Positions 1 to 13,023 are shown, counted from the first letter of the stretch. The stretch is 64,000 bases of DNA from Eledone cirrhosa (GCA_964016885.1 OZ024749.1:38440001-38504000), one strand, 5' to 3'. The notes: generated from the letters alone by a model not told the origin. Numbers and translations are program-made.

Positions 1-1537
1 ACTGTTGCTGCTACAGTTGCTGGGGTTGTTGCTGCTACCATTACTTATGTTATTGTTGCTAAAGTTGTTGCTGCCATTTCTGCTGCTGGTTTTGATTGTT
101 GAGTCATTGGGGTGGGTAGGAGAGGTGGCCTCAATTTTTTAGCCTTTGGGCAGAAAGCCTTTAGGTGGGTTCCTTCGCCACAAACGACACACCTAGGCCT
201 TCTACCCTCAACGATTATGGTGAGGTGGCTGCCGTCATTGAGGTCTATCACCTCTGGAATTTCCTCTATGTTTTTTTGGTCCGCTTGTATCAGGAGCTCC
301 ATCCCAGATCCGGTCCAATTCTCCTGCTTTTCTTTTGTTACCTCAATTACTTTAGTGTTGGCCTCGATGTCGGCGAGGACGACAGCCATTAGCCAGGGAA
401 TTTCGATGGCCGGCGGAACGTGGGTCACCCTGATCTTCACGAGTCTCTGACCGCAATAGCTTGGGACGAGTGTGAATTCGTGACTTCTTACTGGGACCAT
501 GGAGTGCTCTCTGGCTTCATGTGGGGTTCCGAAGAACACGTCCACGGTTCTATATTTCTGCCCACGTCTGATATGGGTTTTTTTCGCCCACAGATATCCC
601 AAAGCTTTTTGTATCTGGGAGTCGGATGCCCGTTCCCCTCGGCGTGATTTTGTGTTTATCGTCCGATATGACACGGTGGCGATGCTCCGGTGCCGATGCT
701 CCGTTTTATTAGACGGGGATGGGGGTGAGGCTTACCCTGTACCCATCTTTTTTTACCATTCGCTTGCCTTCATTCAATTAATCCTGGCTTACCTCGATTG
801 TTTCGCTTTTCTTGGCTGCTTTGGCAAACGACACAGTTTGTTTTGCGCTGGTGTTGATGTTGTTTTTGTTATTCTCATTGTTGTTGTTGCTGTTGTTGTT
901 ATTGTTATTTTTGTTATTGTTATTTTTTTTATTGTTATTTTTGTTATTGTTATTTTTAGTTTCAGTTGTGGTGGTGGTGGTGGTGTCAGTGGTGTTCGGC
1001 GTGGAAGAGTCGATCTGGGTAAATCCATTTCGATGTCACGAGATAATAATTTGTTTTTTGTTTCTGTTGTCGCTGTGGTGGTGGTTGTGGTGGTGGTGGT
1101 ATCAGCGGTGCCGGTTGTTCTTTTTGACATTGTGAAGGTGGGGATGGCGGCTTTCACACCTGTAGTTGTTGGTAACACCTGTTGGCGGGAAATCCATGTC
1201 TGTATGCGGCAAATTTAAATAATTGAGACTGCTATTAATTATATTTTCAGTGTTGGCAATCGTGGCAAGGTTTAGAATGGTGGTGGGGTGGAGGATGTTA
1301 AAAACAGGAGATTTGTCGTCCATGTTTTTTTTTCAAAGAAATATTTTGTGTGATATATAAAACGTTTAAATTTTGGGCTCAAGGCCCCAATATTATTGAG
1401 TGTCTTTTCAGAAAGCAATATATGTGAACTTTAAACACTTAACAACAAAAATGTTCCATAACTGGCAATTTGAAACAACTGAAAACAACAAACCTTTGTG
1501 GAGCTCACGATAATACGATTTCCTACGTAGGTCGCCA
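1..1537 (-). mobile_element. 5' part of a Tx1/L1-like non-LTR retrotransposon (5' UTR plus disrupted ORF1), continuing off the left edge
   Basis: Contains the CCHC-knuckle ORF at 45-674. Upstream ORF segments (789-1178, 1102-1323) are broken by stops. The putative 5' end abuts (AAT)n at 1538. Confidence 0.7.
45..674 (-). CDS. LINE ORF1 (gag-like nucleic-acid-binding protein) fragment with zinc knuckle
   Basis: CVVCGEGTHLKAFC fits C-x2-C-x4-H-x4-C and follows IIVEGRRPR, a context typical of Tx1/L1 ORF1. In-frame stops upstream, so probably not functional. Confidence 0.75.
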   Translation of the reverse strand: MSYRTINTKSRRGERASDSQIQKALGYLWAKKTHIRRGQKYRTVDVFFGTPHEAREHSMVPVRSHEFTLVPSYCGQRLVKIRVTHVPPAIEIPWLMAVVLADIEANTKVIEVTKEKQENWTGSGMELLIQADQKNIEEIPEVIDLNDGSHLTIIVEGRRPRCVVCGEGTHLKAFCPKAKKLRPPLLPTPMTQQSKPAAEMAATTLATIT

Positions 1538-1559
1538 ATAATAATAATAATAATAATAA

Positions 1560-1818
1560 TAAGGGGTCTAATGATTACTTATCGCAAATCCCAGGAAACC
1601 CGCGTATAGGAGAAATACAAAAGATAGTACTAATGGGAACTGCCCATATACTAAGGAAGATTATGTCAATATAAGTACATCACAAGTCTAAACACCTAAA
1701 GATGCATGTGTGTGTATGTATGTTCTTTCTTGAACATGGCGGACCTTGTTGTCTCTTGAGGTCACTGGTTGTGACTTGGTGATAACTCGTATGAACATAA
1801 AACAAGATAAATGCAACT
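1560..1818 (+). mobile_element. R4/Dong-like LINE 3' end fragment
   Basis: Near-identical to 4968-5215 (encodes ...EIQKIVLMGTAHILRK plus 3' UTR). Bounded by (AAT)n on both sides. Confidence 0.85.
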
Positions 1819-1852
<34 letters not shown>

Positions 1853-1854
<2 letters not shown>

Positions 1855-2093
1855 TTTTCTTTATTAACACAAAGCATAACATTAAGGACAGTACAGGACG
1901 GTACAAATAGGCGTTTCTGCATGTAAAAACAAAATTATAAAACAAAAACAAAGCATAGGACAAAAATATGAAAAAAATCAAAATTCCCCAGTAGGGGCTG
2001 GGCTCTGAGGGTCACTCGTGGAGAAAGCCCATATAAAAATATAAAAGCCACGGGTGACCCTGACCACCAGGGCAAGTGACCTCTCTCAGTTTG

Positions 2094-2095
<2 letters not shown>
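1853..2095 (-). mobile_element. Tx1-like LINE 3' UTR fragment
   Basis: Similar to 5978-6220 (cattaaggacagtacagga, gtggagaaagccc, gggtgaccctgaccaccagggcaagtg). Abuts (AAT)n. Confidence 0.75.
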
Positions 2096-2144
<49 letters not shown>

Positions 2145-2284
2145 CAGATGTAGCAGCAAAGCAACAACAATACAAACATCAGCAGTAGCAGTTATAAAAA
2201 AAAAAATACTAATTTCTCAAAGCTGCTTTTTTAACAACTGGCGCCATCTTTCGTACTTGACAATTAAATATGAAATTAGCAAAA

Positions 2285-2639
2285 TCCCCATCCTCATCAT
2301 CATCAAGCCAATTATCATCATCATCATTATCATCATCATAAACATCATCATCAACATCCTCATCAACATCATCATCATCATCATCATCATCATGCCAATT
2401 ATCATCATCATCATTATCATCATCATAAACATCATCATCAACATCCTCATCAACATCATCATCATGCCAATTATCATAATCATCATTATCATCATCATAA
2501 ACATCATCATCAACATCATCATCATCATCATCATCATCATCATGCCAATTATCATAATCATCATTATCATCATCATAAACATCATCATCAACATCATCAA
2601 CATCATCATCAACATCATCATCATCATGCCAATTATCAT

Positions 2640-2687
<48 letters not shown>

Positions 2688-3490
2688 GCCAATTATCATA
2701 ATCATCATTATCATCATCATCATCATCATCATCATCTCACCATCATTACAATAACCCTTGCCGTCATTACCACTATCATTACAGTCGTTGCTATCATTCC
2801 CAGCATCCTTATCATCATTATGAAGAGCATCATCCTCATCATTACGATTATAATTACAACCACCACCATCATCACTAACATCATTATCATCAGCAACAGC
2901 TTCAATAGTGCAATCACCAACATCATCATCACCATAATTATAAGCAACGTCGCCGTCATCATCACCGTCAGCAACAGCAGCAGCAAAGTCCTCACCACCA
3001 TCATTATTACCATTTTCATTTTCATAATTAGTGTCCTCATTGCTATCGTTATTATCATAATTAACATTATCATTAGCATCATTACCATCATCATTAGAAT
3101 TATTATCATCCTCATCAAGATCCTTATGTTACCTCGCAAATAACATCGTTGTCCTCATTATCACCTTCATTATCATTATCATCATCATCACCTTTGTCAT
3201 CCTTATCATCATTTAATCATCATCACCATCACCTTTATCATCAACACCATCACCTTTATCATCATCATCACCATCACCATAATAATCACCACTAACACTA
3301 TAATATTCACCACCATCACTCTCATTTTGATCATCACCATTATCATCATCATCATTATCATCATCATCATTATCATCATCATCACACTCATCACTCCTAT
3401 CATTATTACCATACCTATCATAACCACCATCATCATCATTACCCCCCATCATCATCTGTATTATCATCACCACCATTATCTTCATTATCA
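2285..3490. repeat. Compound (CAT)n/(ATC)n microsatellite with higher-order blocks
   Basis: Visible CAT runs with recurring atgccaattatcat and cataaacatc interruptions. Confidence 0.95.
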
Positions 3491-3828
3491 CACCCCCATT
3501 AACGTCCCCACAAAGAACTATATAACGTTAAGTAGAAGTCTGAACTGGTGTCTAAGTGTAGCCACAAAGATAAGTATTTCTTCGAAAATATTCCAAATGT
3601 AGAGAGACTATGTTTTGGGGTTTATATTTTAGAAAGAAAACTATAGATGGGTTAAGTTCCTGGATATATTACATTCATTGGTCACAACAGAAAACATGTG
3701 TAACCTAAAACATTTTATATCAACATTTTAGAAACATTATTTCGCAACACACCTGCCTTAACTTCAACCAAACACTTTTACTGTGGAATTGTAGATAGTT
3801 TTCTATATATTGCTATTACTATCTAATA

Positions 3829-3899
<71 letters not shown>

Positions 3900-4241
3900 T
3901 GAGTGTCTGTGTGTATGTATGTATATGTGTGCGTGCTGTGTGCACAGATGTTTATAAGTGTGTGTGCATGTGTGTGAGTGTACGTTTTGTCTTAGTTATA
4001 TATATGTATGTTTTTATGTGTGCGTGCTTGCGTGCTATGTGTATGTGCATGGATGTGTATGGTGTATGTGTAAGCTTTCGCTGTCAGTGTAACCAATTGT
4101 TACAAATAACCCAAAGATTTATCACTCCAAAGATGGCGACAAAAACCATCGTTAGTAGAATCCTCCGTTCATTATTAATGATAGTAATAACAGCTAACAA
4201 TACTGATGATAAATAACTACTACTACTACTACTACTACTAC

Positions 4242-4282
<41 letters not shown>

Positions 4283-4290
4283 TTAATAAT

Positions 4291-5214
4291 AAAAAGCAAA
4301 GCAGGTAAAAGTAACTGCAAAGAAAGAACTGCTACAGAAACTGGCTAAGAAATGGCAAGAAAAGCCTCTGTATGGAAAATACCCAGAACGAGCTAACAAT
4401 CCTGATGTTGACAAAACTTTAATCCATCAGTGGTTGGCATCCTCTGGACAGAAATCGGAGACTGAAGGACTGATTATATCAGCACAAGATCAGTGTCTGC
4501 CAACAAAAAATTACCAAGCCAACATAGTAAAAAATGGATGCAGCCCATTATGCCGTTTATGTAAAAAACAACCATAGCTCCAACCGAATACCTAAACAGG
4601 CATGACAGAGCTGCACAATACATACATTGGATAATGTGTAAGCATTTTGACCTGCCCCATCAAAAGAATTGGTCGGAGCATCAACCACCTCCCATACTTG
4701 AAAAAGATCACATCTCAATCTTGTGGAACTTTAGCATCCAAACAGACCGAAAAAATAGATGCAAATAGACCTGATATAATATTGAAGGACTTTAAAAAGA
4801 GGGTATGTCTGCTAATTGATATGTCCGTTCCAATAGACAAGAATGTATCTATAAAAAAATTTGAAAAATTGAGCAAGTATAAGGACCTAGAGATAGAAAT
4901 TGGAAAAATGTGGAAATTGAGAACTAAAACAATACCAGTGGTTGTAGGCGTTCTAGGAATGATACCTAAGGGGTCTAATGATTACTTATCGCAAATCCTA
5001 GGAAACCCGCGTATAGGAGAAATACAAAAGATAGTACTAATGGGAACTGCCCATATACTAAGGAAGATTCTGTCAATATAAGTACATCACAAGTCTAAAC
5101 ACCTAAAGATGCATGTGTGAGTATATATGTTCTTTCTTGAACATGGCGGACCTTGTTGTCTCTTGAGGTCACTGGTTGTGACTTGGTGATAACTCGTATG
5201 AACATAAAGCAAGA

Positions 5215-5215
<1 letters not shown>
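4291..5215 (+). mobile_element. R4/Dong-clade non-LTR retrotransposon, 5'-truncated (restriction-like endonuclease domain plus 3' UTR)
   Basis: Manual translation gives WQEKPLYGKY, ETEGLIISAQDQCLPTKNY, CRLC, YLNRHD, then RPDIILKD...LIDMSVP...KLSKYKDL (PD-(D/E)xK type). Frameshifts and a deletion in the CCHC motif. Flanked by (AAT)n. Confidence 0.9.
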
Positions 5216-5247
<32 letters not shown>

Positions 5248-5250
5248 TTA

Positions 5251-5558
5251 ATTAAAACTAAAACAATACCAGTGGTTGTAGGCGCTCTAGGAATGATACC
5301 TAAAGGGTATAATGATTACTTATCGCAAATCCCAGGAAACCGGTGTATAGGAGAAATACAAAAGATAGTACTAATGGGAACTGCCCATATACTAAGGAAG
5401 ATTTTGTCAATATAAGTACATCACAAGTCTTAAACACCTAAAGATGCATGTGTGTGTATGTATGTTCTTTCTTGAACATGGCGGACCTTGTTGTCTCTTG
5501 AGGTCACTGGTTGTGACTTGGTGATAACTCGTACAAACATACAGCAAGATATATGCAA
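5251..5558 (+). mobile_element. Second R4/Dong 3' end, in tandem behind the first
   Basis: Repeats 4920-5215 with a few substitutions. Separated from it and followed by (AAT)n. Confidence 0.9.
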
Positions 5559-5572
5559 ATAATAATAATAAT

Positions 5573-5956
5573 AATTGTTTCTACTTTAGGCACAAGGCCA
5601 GCAATTATCCAGTGCATTACTGGTACTTTATTTTATCGACCCCGTAAGGATGAAAGGCAAAGTCAACCTCGGCGGGATTTGAACTCAGATCGTAAAGGGA
5701 CGTAACTATGCTGGAAAGCATGGCGTCCGACCCTCTACCGATACTGCCAATCCACCGCCCTTAACAATTGTTTCTACGTTTGGCACAAGGCCAGCAATTA
5801 CCCAGTGCATTACTGGTACTTTATTTTATCGACCCGGTAAGGATGAAAGGCAAAGTTAACCTCGGCAGGATTTGAACTCAGAATGGAAAGGGCTGTAACT
5901 CATTGTGTCAAAGCATGGCGTCCGACCCTCTACCGATACTGCCAATCCACCGCCCT
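5573..5956 (-). mobile_element. Two tandem copies of a ~185-bp tRNA-derived SINE (Meta-domain-like)
   Basis: Minus strand shows an A-box-like tggcagtatcggtag, a B-box gagttcaaatcc, the body gcctttcatccttacggggtcgataaaataaagtaccag and the tail gtagaaacaatt. Many copies in the window. Confidence 0.85.
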
Positions 5957-5977
5957 AAATAATAATAATAATAATAA

Positions 5978-7126
5978 TGTTTTTTTTATTTACCACAAGG
6001 GTTTACACAAAGTAGACATTAAGGACAGTACAGGATAATACAGGACGGTACAAATGGGCATTTCTGCGTATAAAAAAAAAAACAGAGGATGTAACAAAAA
6101 AAGAAAAATTAAAAATTCCCCAATAGGGGGGAGACTTCCGAGGGACATAGTGGAGAAAGCCCATTAAAAAAAATCCACGGTGACCCTGACCACCAGGGCA
6201 AGTGCCCTCTCCCAGTTTTCCACCTTCAATTTACAGGCATATATTCAGGGCCATTCTTGCCTCTCTCACCCATCTTTCAACAAAATGCTGGGAGGAGAGC
6301 ACTTCCCTCTCTACTCTGATTTTCCTTTTCAAATAAAATTTGAAAAAGTTAATCAAGGCATCACCGAAGAGGTAAGTGCTCGTCTTCATACTATCTATTT
6401 AGCCATGGCCACCAGACAGATAAAAACTGCCCGCCCTTCCCGGCTAAAGTAAGAGGGCGGCGCAATCCTCACAATGGACTCAGCTGATAGCCGGATCCGT
6501 TCCACACGCGACAGCAGGTGTTCGACATAAACCCACAAGTCATCAATGCTCGGACACTGGACGAGTGCATGCAGGACGGTTTCGTCGCCCTGCGCGCATC
6601 TCGGACATGCTCGGCTGACGGCACTTCCGTGCTTGTAGAGTTTATCCCGAACTGGCAACGCTCCTCGGTAGCACTGCGAGGCCAGAGATTTCTGGAAATT
6701 GTCCATAGGCCCCGGCCCGAAAGTACTTCCGAAGATATTGGCTAGTTGATTTTCGTCGACGCCTAGAGCTTCCCCAAGTACGCCAAGGTGGACTTTCCAC
6801 TGATCACATTGCCCGTCTGGTCGAGGGCCGTGAGCGCCTGAAGACGTTCCATCTCCAAGCGTTCCCACTCCGTCTTCGCTTGACCCAGGACTGCAGCTCC
6901 GTCAATGAGATGAGCTGGGGAAAGACGTGTCTAGCAAACAGCGACCACACCTGATTACCGTCGAGGAAGAGGTGGAGATGTCGTAGCCTCCTAAGCGCGT
7001 GTCTGCGCATCATCAGCCACGGCATGCCCAGCCCTCCACGTAGCGGGTGTTGATAGCAGATGGACCGCCTGACCATCGGAGCGCGTCCCTTCCACAAAAA
7101 GCGAAAGAGCAAACGCTCCAGCGCAT
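5978..7126 (-). mobile_element. Tx1/L1-like LINE ORF2 3' fragment (zf-RVT region) plus 3' UTR
   Basis: FRFLWKG...GGLGMP, ALPVRDKL and CPRCAQGDETVLHALVQC (C-x2-C-x8-H-x4-C) in frameshifted ORFs 6804-7178 and 6395-6868. Both ends in (AAT)n. Confidence 0.9.
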
Positions 7127-7157
<31 letters not shown>

Positions 7158-7159
7158 GA

Positions 7160-7290
7160 TGATTTCTTTATTAACCACAAGGGTTTACATAAAGTAGACA
7201 TTAAGGACAGTGCAGGACAATGCAGGACGGTACAAATGGGCATTTCTGCGTGTAAAAAACAAAAACAGAGGATGTAACAAAAAAATAACA
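7160..7290 (-). mobile_element. Tx1-like LINE extreme 3' end
   Basis: Matches 5985-6100. Confidence 0.8.
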
Positions 7291-7568
7291 ATGACAATAA
7301 TAATGAAGAAGAAATGGTAGCAACGATATAATAATGAACTGGAATAGTTAGCATTTCTCTTCCATATTTGCATAGCAAATAAAAATATTTTATGACTCCA
7401 AACAATTGTAAATGTTCAGGTGCATGGATTGATGTGATTAACGTGTCTTCTTCAAAACCAAGTGATATTTGCAAACGGGTTAAATCTGAATGCGTGGAAT
7501 CTGAGTCAACTGTCTTCTACTATAGCCTAAGCTTAACCAACCAATAAATAGAACAAGAACTGATTCAT

Positions 7569-7570
<2 letters not shown>

Positions 7571-7613
<43 letters not shown>

Positions 7614-7615
7614 TA

Positions 7616-7646
<31 letters not shown>

Positions 7647-7652
7647 AATATA

Positions 7653-7697
<45 letters not shown>

Positions 7698-7792
7698 AAT
7701 ATATATATATATACATATATATATATAAATATATATATAAATATATATATATTATATATATATATATATATATAAATATATATATAAATATA

Positions 7793-7841
<49 letters not shown>

Positions 7842-7856
7842 AATATATATATATAC

Positions 7857-7909
<53 letters not shown>

Positions 7910-7972
7910 AAATAAATATATATATATATAAATATATATATATATTATATATATATAAATATATAAATATAT

Positions 7973-8003
<31 letters not shown>

Positions 8004-8027
8004 AATATATATATATATTATATATAT

Positions 8028-8062
<35 letters not shown>
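7571..8062. repeat. Long imperfect (TA)n microsatellite (representative of dozens in the window)
   Basis: Directly visible. Similar tracts at about 17550-17830, 21075-21730, 25100-25760, 44770-45070 and 47330-47845. Confidence 0.98.
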
Positions 8063-8065
<3 letters not shown>

Positions 8066-8072
<7 letters not shown>

Positions 8073-8240
8073 AAAGGTAAACAGAAATAACAACACAATC
8101 GGTACAGTATATTGAAGGAATATATTAGGTTAAATCTTGAAATAGCAGGAAGAGGGTCTTAACGTTTCAGACGCTTGTCCTTCATCATAAGAAAGAATGA
8201 GAAATAGGATAGATTGAAGGGACGGGCGGGATGGAATTAT
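8066..8240 (-). mobile_element. Penelope-like terminal fragment, family A, with degenerate hammerhead at 8156-8193
   Basis: Minus strand reads ttATGATGA aggac aagc gtct GAAA cgTTA agac. Homologous to 12895-13070 and 36307-36405. Sits in (TA)n. Confidence 0.7.
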
Positions 8241-8350
8241 ATATATATAAATTTGTCTAAACGTAAAAGATGGTTTCATACAGACACATTCATGTATGTA
8301 TGTATGTATGTACGTATGTATGTATGTATGTATATATGTATGTATATATA

Positions 8351-8980
8351 GGCGGGACTCTGTCGAGGCTATGTCAGGTCACCACTTGGTGCTACTGGTA
8401 ACATGTATCCCAGTACAACCTGTCTCATGGTCGGGTCGTTGGCGACTAAACTGGCAACCCCACTAAGGTTTCTTGGTGAGGAGGGTGACTTTGGACATCC
8501 TGCATGACTAAAAACAAAACCTGTCAAAGAGCAAAGGAGCTCTTAAGATTCAATGGCCATCCAAAATCACCGGGAGAGATGACCCCTTAACCTTTGTCGA
8601 GGCAGAATTCTAGGAGAAGGAAAACTCTGACATAACACCTGCAACCCTGATGGTATCCAATGATGTTGACTTGTTCTTCTCTTTGGTTAATATCATCTTG
8701 GTTAAGAGAGTGGGACTGACTTTGTGCAGTGCCTTTGCTCACTATAAAAGCTTCACGGCACAGGCATTGCTTTATATTTGGAGATCTCTCTGCACTTGTC
8801 GTCACATGGTACCATGGGCCCTGCACTATGTGTCAATAATGGTCACAAGTGTAGTGTTTGTACCAGAGTTTTCAAGTCGCTGGCTGGACTAAAAATTCGC
8901 ACTCGTTCAGCGCATCGGTAGGGGTTCTCCTACATGGATATAAAGTAGTGGCCGTACTCGAAAACGAGTTGGCAGCCACC
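8351..8980 (+). mobile_element. Non-autonomous bipartite RTE-derived retroelement (~630 bp)
   Basis: RTE 5'UTR-like motif ctaggagaaggaaaactctga joined to a 3' segment encoding KCSVCTRVFKSLAGLK.R(H)TRSAH* and a (TATG)n tail. Further copies at 35110, 53380 and 54592. Confidence 0.75.
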
Positions 8981-8981
8981 A

Positions 8982-9028
<47 letters not shown>

Positions 9029-9235
9029 ATGTATGTATATGTATGTATATGTATGTATATGTATGTATGTATATATGTATGTATGTATATATGTATGGAG
9101 TTAAAATCCACCTAAGAGGTCATGGATGGAAGTTTGGAGTTGGTGACGGTTGATGGGGATGCAGAGGGAGACGGTAATCATCTGCAAAGATGAATCAATC
9201 ATCATGTAAGTGTACATGCATATATGCATGCATGT

Positions 9236-9362
9236 AGTAGCAGCAGCAGTAGTAGTAGCAGTAGTAGCAGTAGTAGCAGTAGTAGTAGTATTAGCAGTAG
9301 TAGCAATAGCAGCAGAAGTAGTAGTAGTAGTAGCAATAGCAGCAGAAGTAGTATAGTGGTAA

Positions 9363-9395
<33 letters not shown>

Positions 9396-9399
9396 CAAC

Positions 9400-9449
<50 letters not shown>

Positions 9450-9835
9450 GTGGTGGTGGTGGTGGTGATGGTGTTATAGAAATAAACACACCAACATATT
9501 CAGAATCAATCAACAGATAAAGAAAATACAATATCAGTGAGATTCAACATCATCAACAGCAACAACAACATCATCAACACCATCAACATCATCTCCATCA
9601 ACATCATCAACAGCAACAACAACATCATCACCATCAACATCATCAATAACAACAACATCAACGATATTTACCATCAACAGTATGAACAACAACACCATCA
9701 TCACCAACAACATCAACAATATCAACAACAGCAGTATCAACAAAAACAACAACAGCAACAACAGCAACAGCAACAACAACAACACAGCAGCAACAACAAC
9801 TACAGCAACAACAGCAACAGCAACAACAACAGCAA

Positions 9836-9866
<31 letters not shown>

Positions 9867-10150
9867 TGCAAGCAGCAACAACAACAGCAACAACAACAAC
9901 AGCTGCAAGCAGCAACAACAACAACAACAGCTGCAAGCAGCAACAACAACAGTAACAACAACAACAACAACAGCTACAACAACACCATCAACACCATGTC
10001 AGCACAAAAACAACAACCACAACTACAAGAACAACAACAAGCCTTTCCCACAACAACAACACAAACAATACCAACTACAAAATCAACAGCTACAACAACA
10101 TCATCAACACTATATCAGCACAAAAACAACATCAACAGCAACAACAACAT
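9236..10150. repeat. (AGT)n/(GGT)n and (CAA)n/(CAG)n microsatellites
   Basis: Directly visible. Confidence 0.95.
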
Positions 10151-10570
10151 TAAACCTTACAAAAGCTCCCACAAGCCCCTATAACATCCCCACCACACCA
10201 CCCGTCAACATCAACAAAAAATTTTCAGGGTTAAAACCTCCTTAATTCAATAGAACTTCCTTATTTAGAAACAAATTAAAATTTAAGAGTAAAAAATATC
10301 AAACAGAAATGTTATACAATTAGAAGATACAAGCTATTTATTTTTATTTTATTTTGATTTATTTTTATGTATTTTTATTTTCGTGTATCTTATATTTTAT
10401 GGAACTTTTGTGATATTTAAGAAATATGTTGTGTGTGACAAAAACAGAATATTTACCAAGAAAATTTGGAAAGATTAATATTTGACGAACATAAACAACA
10501 AAAATATATCGTGGGTGTTAGCATATGGTAGAGTCATTATAATCGGTGTGTGTGTGTGTGTATGTGTGTA

Positions 10571-10605
<35 letters not shown>

Positions 10606-10724
10606 GAGGGTGAGTGTCTAATTCAATGTGAACCTCCCTTATCTCCTAATCTATTTACCTATTTCTCTCTATTTCCCTATCTATATACCCAGTTTTCTCT
10701 CACTCTCTATTTACCTCTTATAAC

Positions 10725-10960
10725 AGCGTGGAGCTAAGTGGTTAGAGAATTGGATTCACAATCATGAGGTCGTGAGTTCGATTCCCGGACTAGGCAATGC
10801 GTTATGTCCTTGAGCAAAACACTTATTTCACGTTGCTCTTATTCCACGTCTGCCAGGTGTTGTGAGAAGTAGATAGTATCAGCAATGGAAATACCAAAGG
10901 AAACATTGTTTCCTTAGACTAATTTGATGAGTTCCACTACACTCTGTAAATTAATTAGGT
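10725..10960 (+). mobile_element. tRNA-derived SINE with CORE-like body
   Basis: A-box-like gctaagtggttag, B-box gagttcgattcc, then tgtccttgagcaaaacactt. Copies at 34563 and 46032. Confidence 0.8.
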
Positions 10961-11039
10961 CTAGGATCTTATCTATCGATTTGCTTCTTTCTCTATATAT
11001 CCACATCCCTATCTATCCAGTAATTTTTCCTATCTCTGT

Positions 11040-11479
11040 TTTTATCGATCTCTGCTTATATTTCTCTCCCTATCTCTCTCTACCTCCCTGCTACATCTCT
11101 CTATCTATCTATCTATCTATCTCTATCTCAATCTCTTACTCTCAACTATGCATGACTATGTGTGTGTGTATGTGCAAATCCCTATGTTTATATGTGAGTC
11201 TATATCAGTTTGTGTTCAATGTCATTTTGTATCGATCTCTGCTTATATTTCTCTCCCTATCTCTCTCTACCTCCCTGCTACATCTCTCTATCTATCTATC
11301 TATCTCTATCTCAATCTCTTACTCTCAACTATGCATGACTATGTGTGTGTGTATGTGCAAATCCCTATGTTTATATGTGAGTCTATATCAGTTTGTGTTC
11401 AATGTCATTTTGTATCGATCTCTGCCTATATTTCTCTCCCTATCTCTCTCTGCCTTCCTCTTACGTCTCTCTCTCTCTC

Positions 11480-11542
<63 letters not shown>

Positions 11543-11600
11543 CTATATATCTATCTATCGATCTCTGCCTATATTTCTCTCCCTACCTCTCTCTCTATAT
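11040..11600. repeat. Local tandem duplication of a ~185-bp unit, with a partial inverted copy at ~11720-11758
   Basis: atcgatctctgc(t/c)tatatttctctccc recurs at about 11044, 11231, 11415 and 11557. Confidence 0.9.
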
Positions 11601-11757
11601 ATATGTATATATCTATCTATATATATGTATATATATATATATATACAATTACATATATATAGATAGGTAGATAGATAGATAGAAAGATAGATAGATAGTT
11701 AGATAAATAGAGAGAGAGAGATAGGGAGAGAAATATAGGCAGAGATCGATACAAAAT

Positions 11758-11799
<42 letters not shown>

Positions 11800-11803
<4 letters not shown>

Positions 11804-12010
11804 CAAAGGGATATTTAATGTGCTAGTAATTCAACAAATATATATATTTATAACAGATTCGAAGCACTATCCAGATAAAACTTGAACCGTTAAGATCTCA
11901 TTCCTGGTTATGTCAATATTTATAAAATAAACGTGTTTTATCTGATGAGAGCGTACCACAGTTTTGGTACCCTTGAATAAATATGGTTATACCTAGAATA
12001 AATATGGTTA
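11800..12010 (+). mobile_element. Penelope-like terminal fragment, family B, hammerhead-like at 11937-11980
   Basis: ttat CTGATGA gagc GTACCA cagttt TGGTAC cctt GAA. Homologous to 18660-18862 and 41290-41450. Confidence 0.65.
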
Positions 12011-12740
12011 TATATATATCTGTCCCAATCTTTTATTGTCAAACTATGCATGAGTATGTGAGTGTATGTCAGTTTGTGTTCAATGTATATTCAATGTATT
12101 TATTCAATACATACAGCCACTGTTGTATGAAAGGGTAAGTGTTTTTAGGGACGTATTAAATACGCCCAGTATCCTATAAGATTATTCAACGTTTCAACCA
12201 ACGTTATGCTTTTCATATTAAGTAAATAAAACCAGCAGTGTAGGAAACCAACGATAAATTTTCTAAGACCGTTTGATATCTTTAAATTGGTGCATGATGT
12301 AATTTGATATATTAAGTAATTTGTAGAGAAGATTGACGGTCGTTGAAACGAGGAAATTCCTAGATTTCACGAGATTAATTGAGTTTACTCGCCGTCAGTC
12401 ATTGAACATTTAATCTTAAGTTGGAAGTTTAGTGTTTATTAAAGGATGTCCTTTCATTGATTTTTCCGTTTTAGTTTAAAGGAGAGATGTAAAAGAAGAG
12501 AATTGGACAAGACAATTACAGATGTATAGAAGAGGCATAAAGCAATTATATTAAAGTCTAGGAGAGTAGGGGGCAGTGAACGGTGGGAAGAAGAGAGTGA
12601 ACAACATTGTAGGAGAAGCTGAAGCAGGATGAAGAGGTGGGTTCGGAGGTGGAAGAAGAGGTGGGTTCGGGAGATAGTTAATAAAAGCTTGGGTGAGTGA
12701 GTAAACAAATGGTTCTATCTAAAAAAAATGATGACGTGTT

Positions 12741-12779
<39 letters not shown>

Positions 12780-12818
12780 CCACACATATATATATATATG
12801 TATATACATATATATATA

Positions 12819-12901
<83 letters not shown>

Positions 12902-12985
12902 AAAAGGTAAACGGAAATAACAACACAATCGGTACATTATATGGAAGGAATATATTAGGTTAACGCTTGAAATAGCAGGAAGAGG

Positions 12986-13023
12986 GTCTTAGCGTTTCGG
13001 ACGCTAGTCTTTCATCAGAAGAC
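12986..13023 (-). ncRNA. Minimal type I hammerhead ribozyme motif (family A element, 12895-13070)
   Basis: Minus strand: gtct t CTGATGA aa GAC tagc GTC c GAAA cg cTA agac. Stem I is gtct/agac. Confidence 0.7.

Noticed and set aside
8587-8892. Recurrent 79-80 aa ORFs (MVSNDVDLFF..., MQGPWYHV...) at four loci, resembling a small gene family
   Set aside because: They recur because they lie in a young repeat. The meaningful frame is the third one, the RTE zinc finger.
9537-10184. Poly-Q/N ORF resembling a transcription factor low-complexity region
   Set aside because: Pure CAA/CAG microsatellite that is open in several frames, with no flanking domain or splice evidence.
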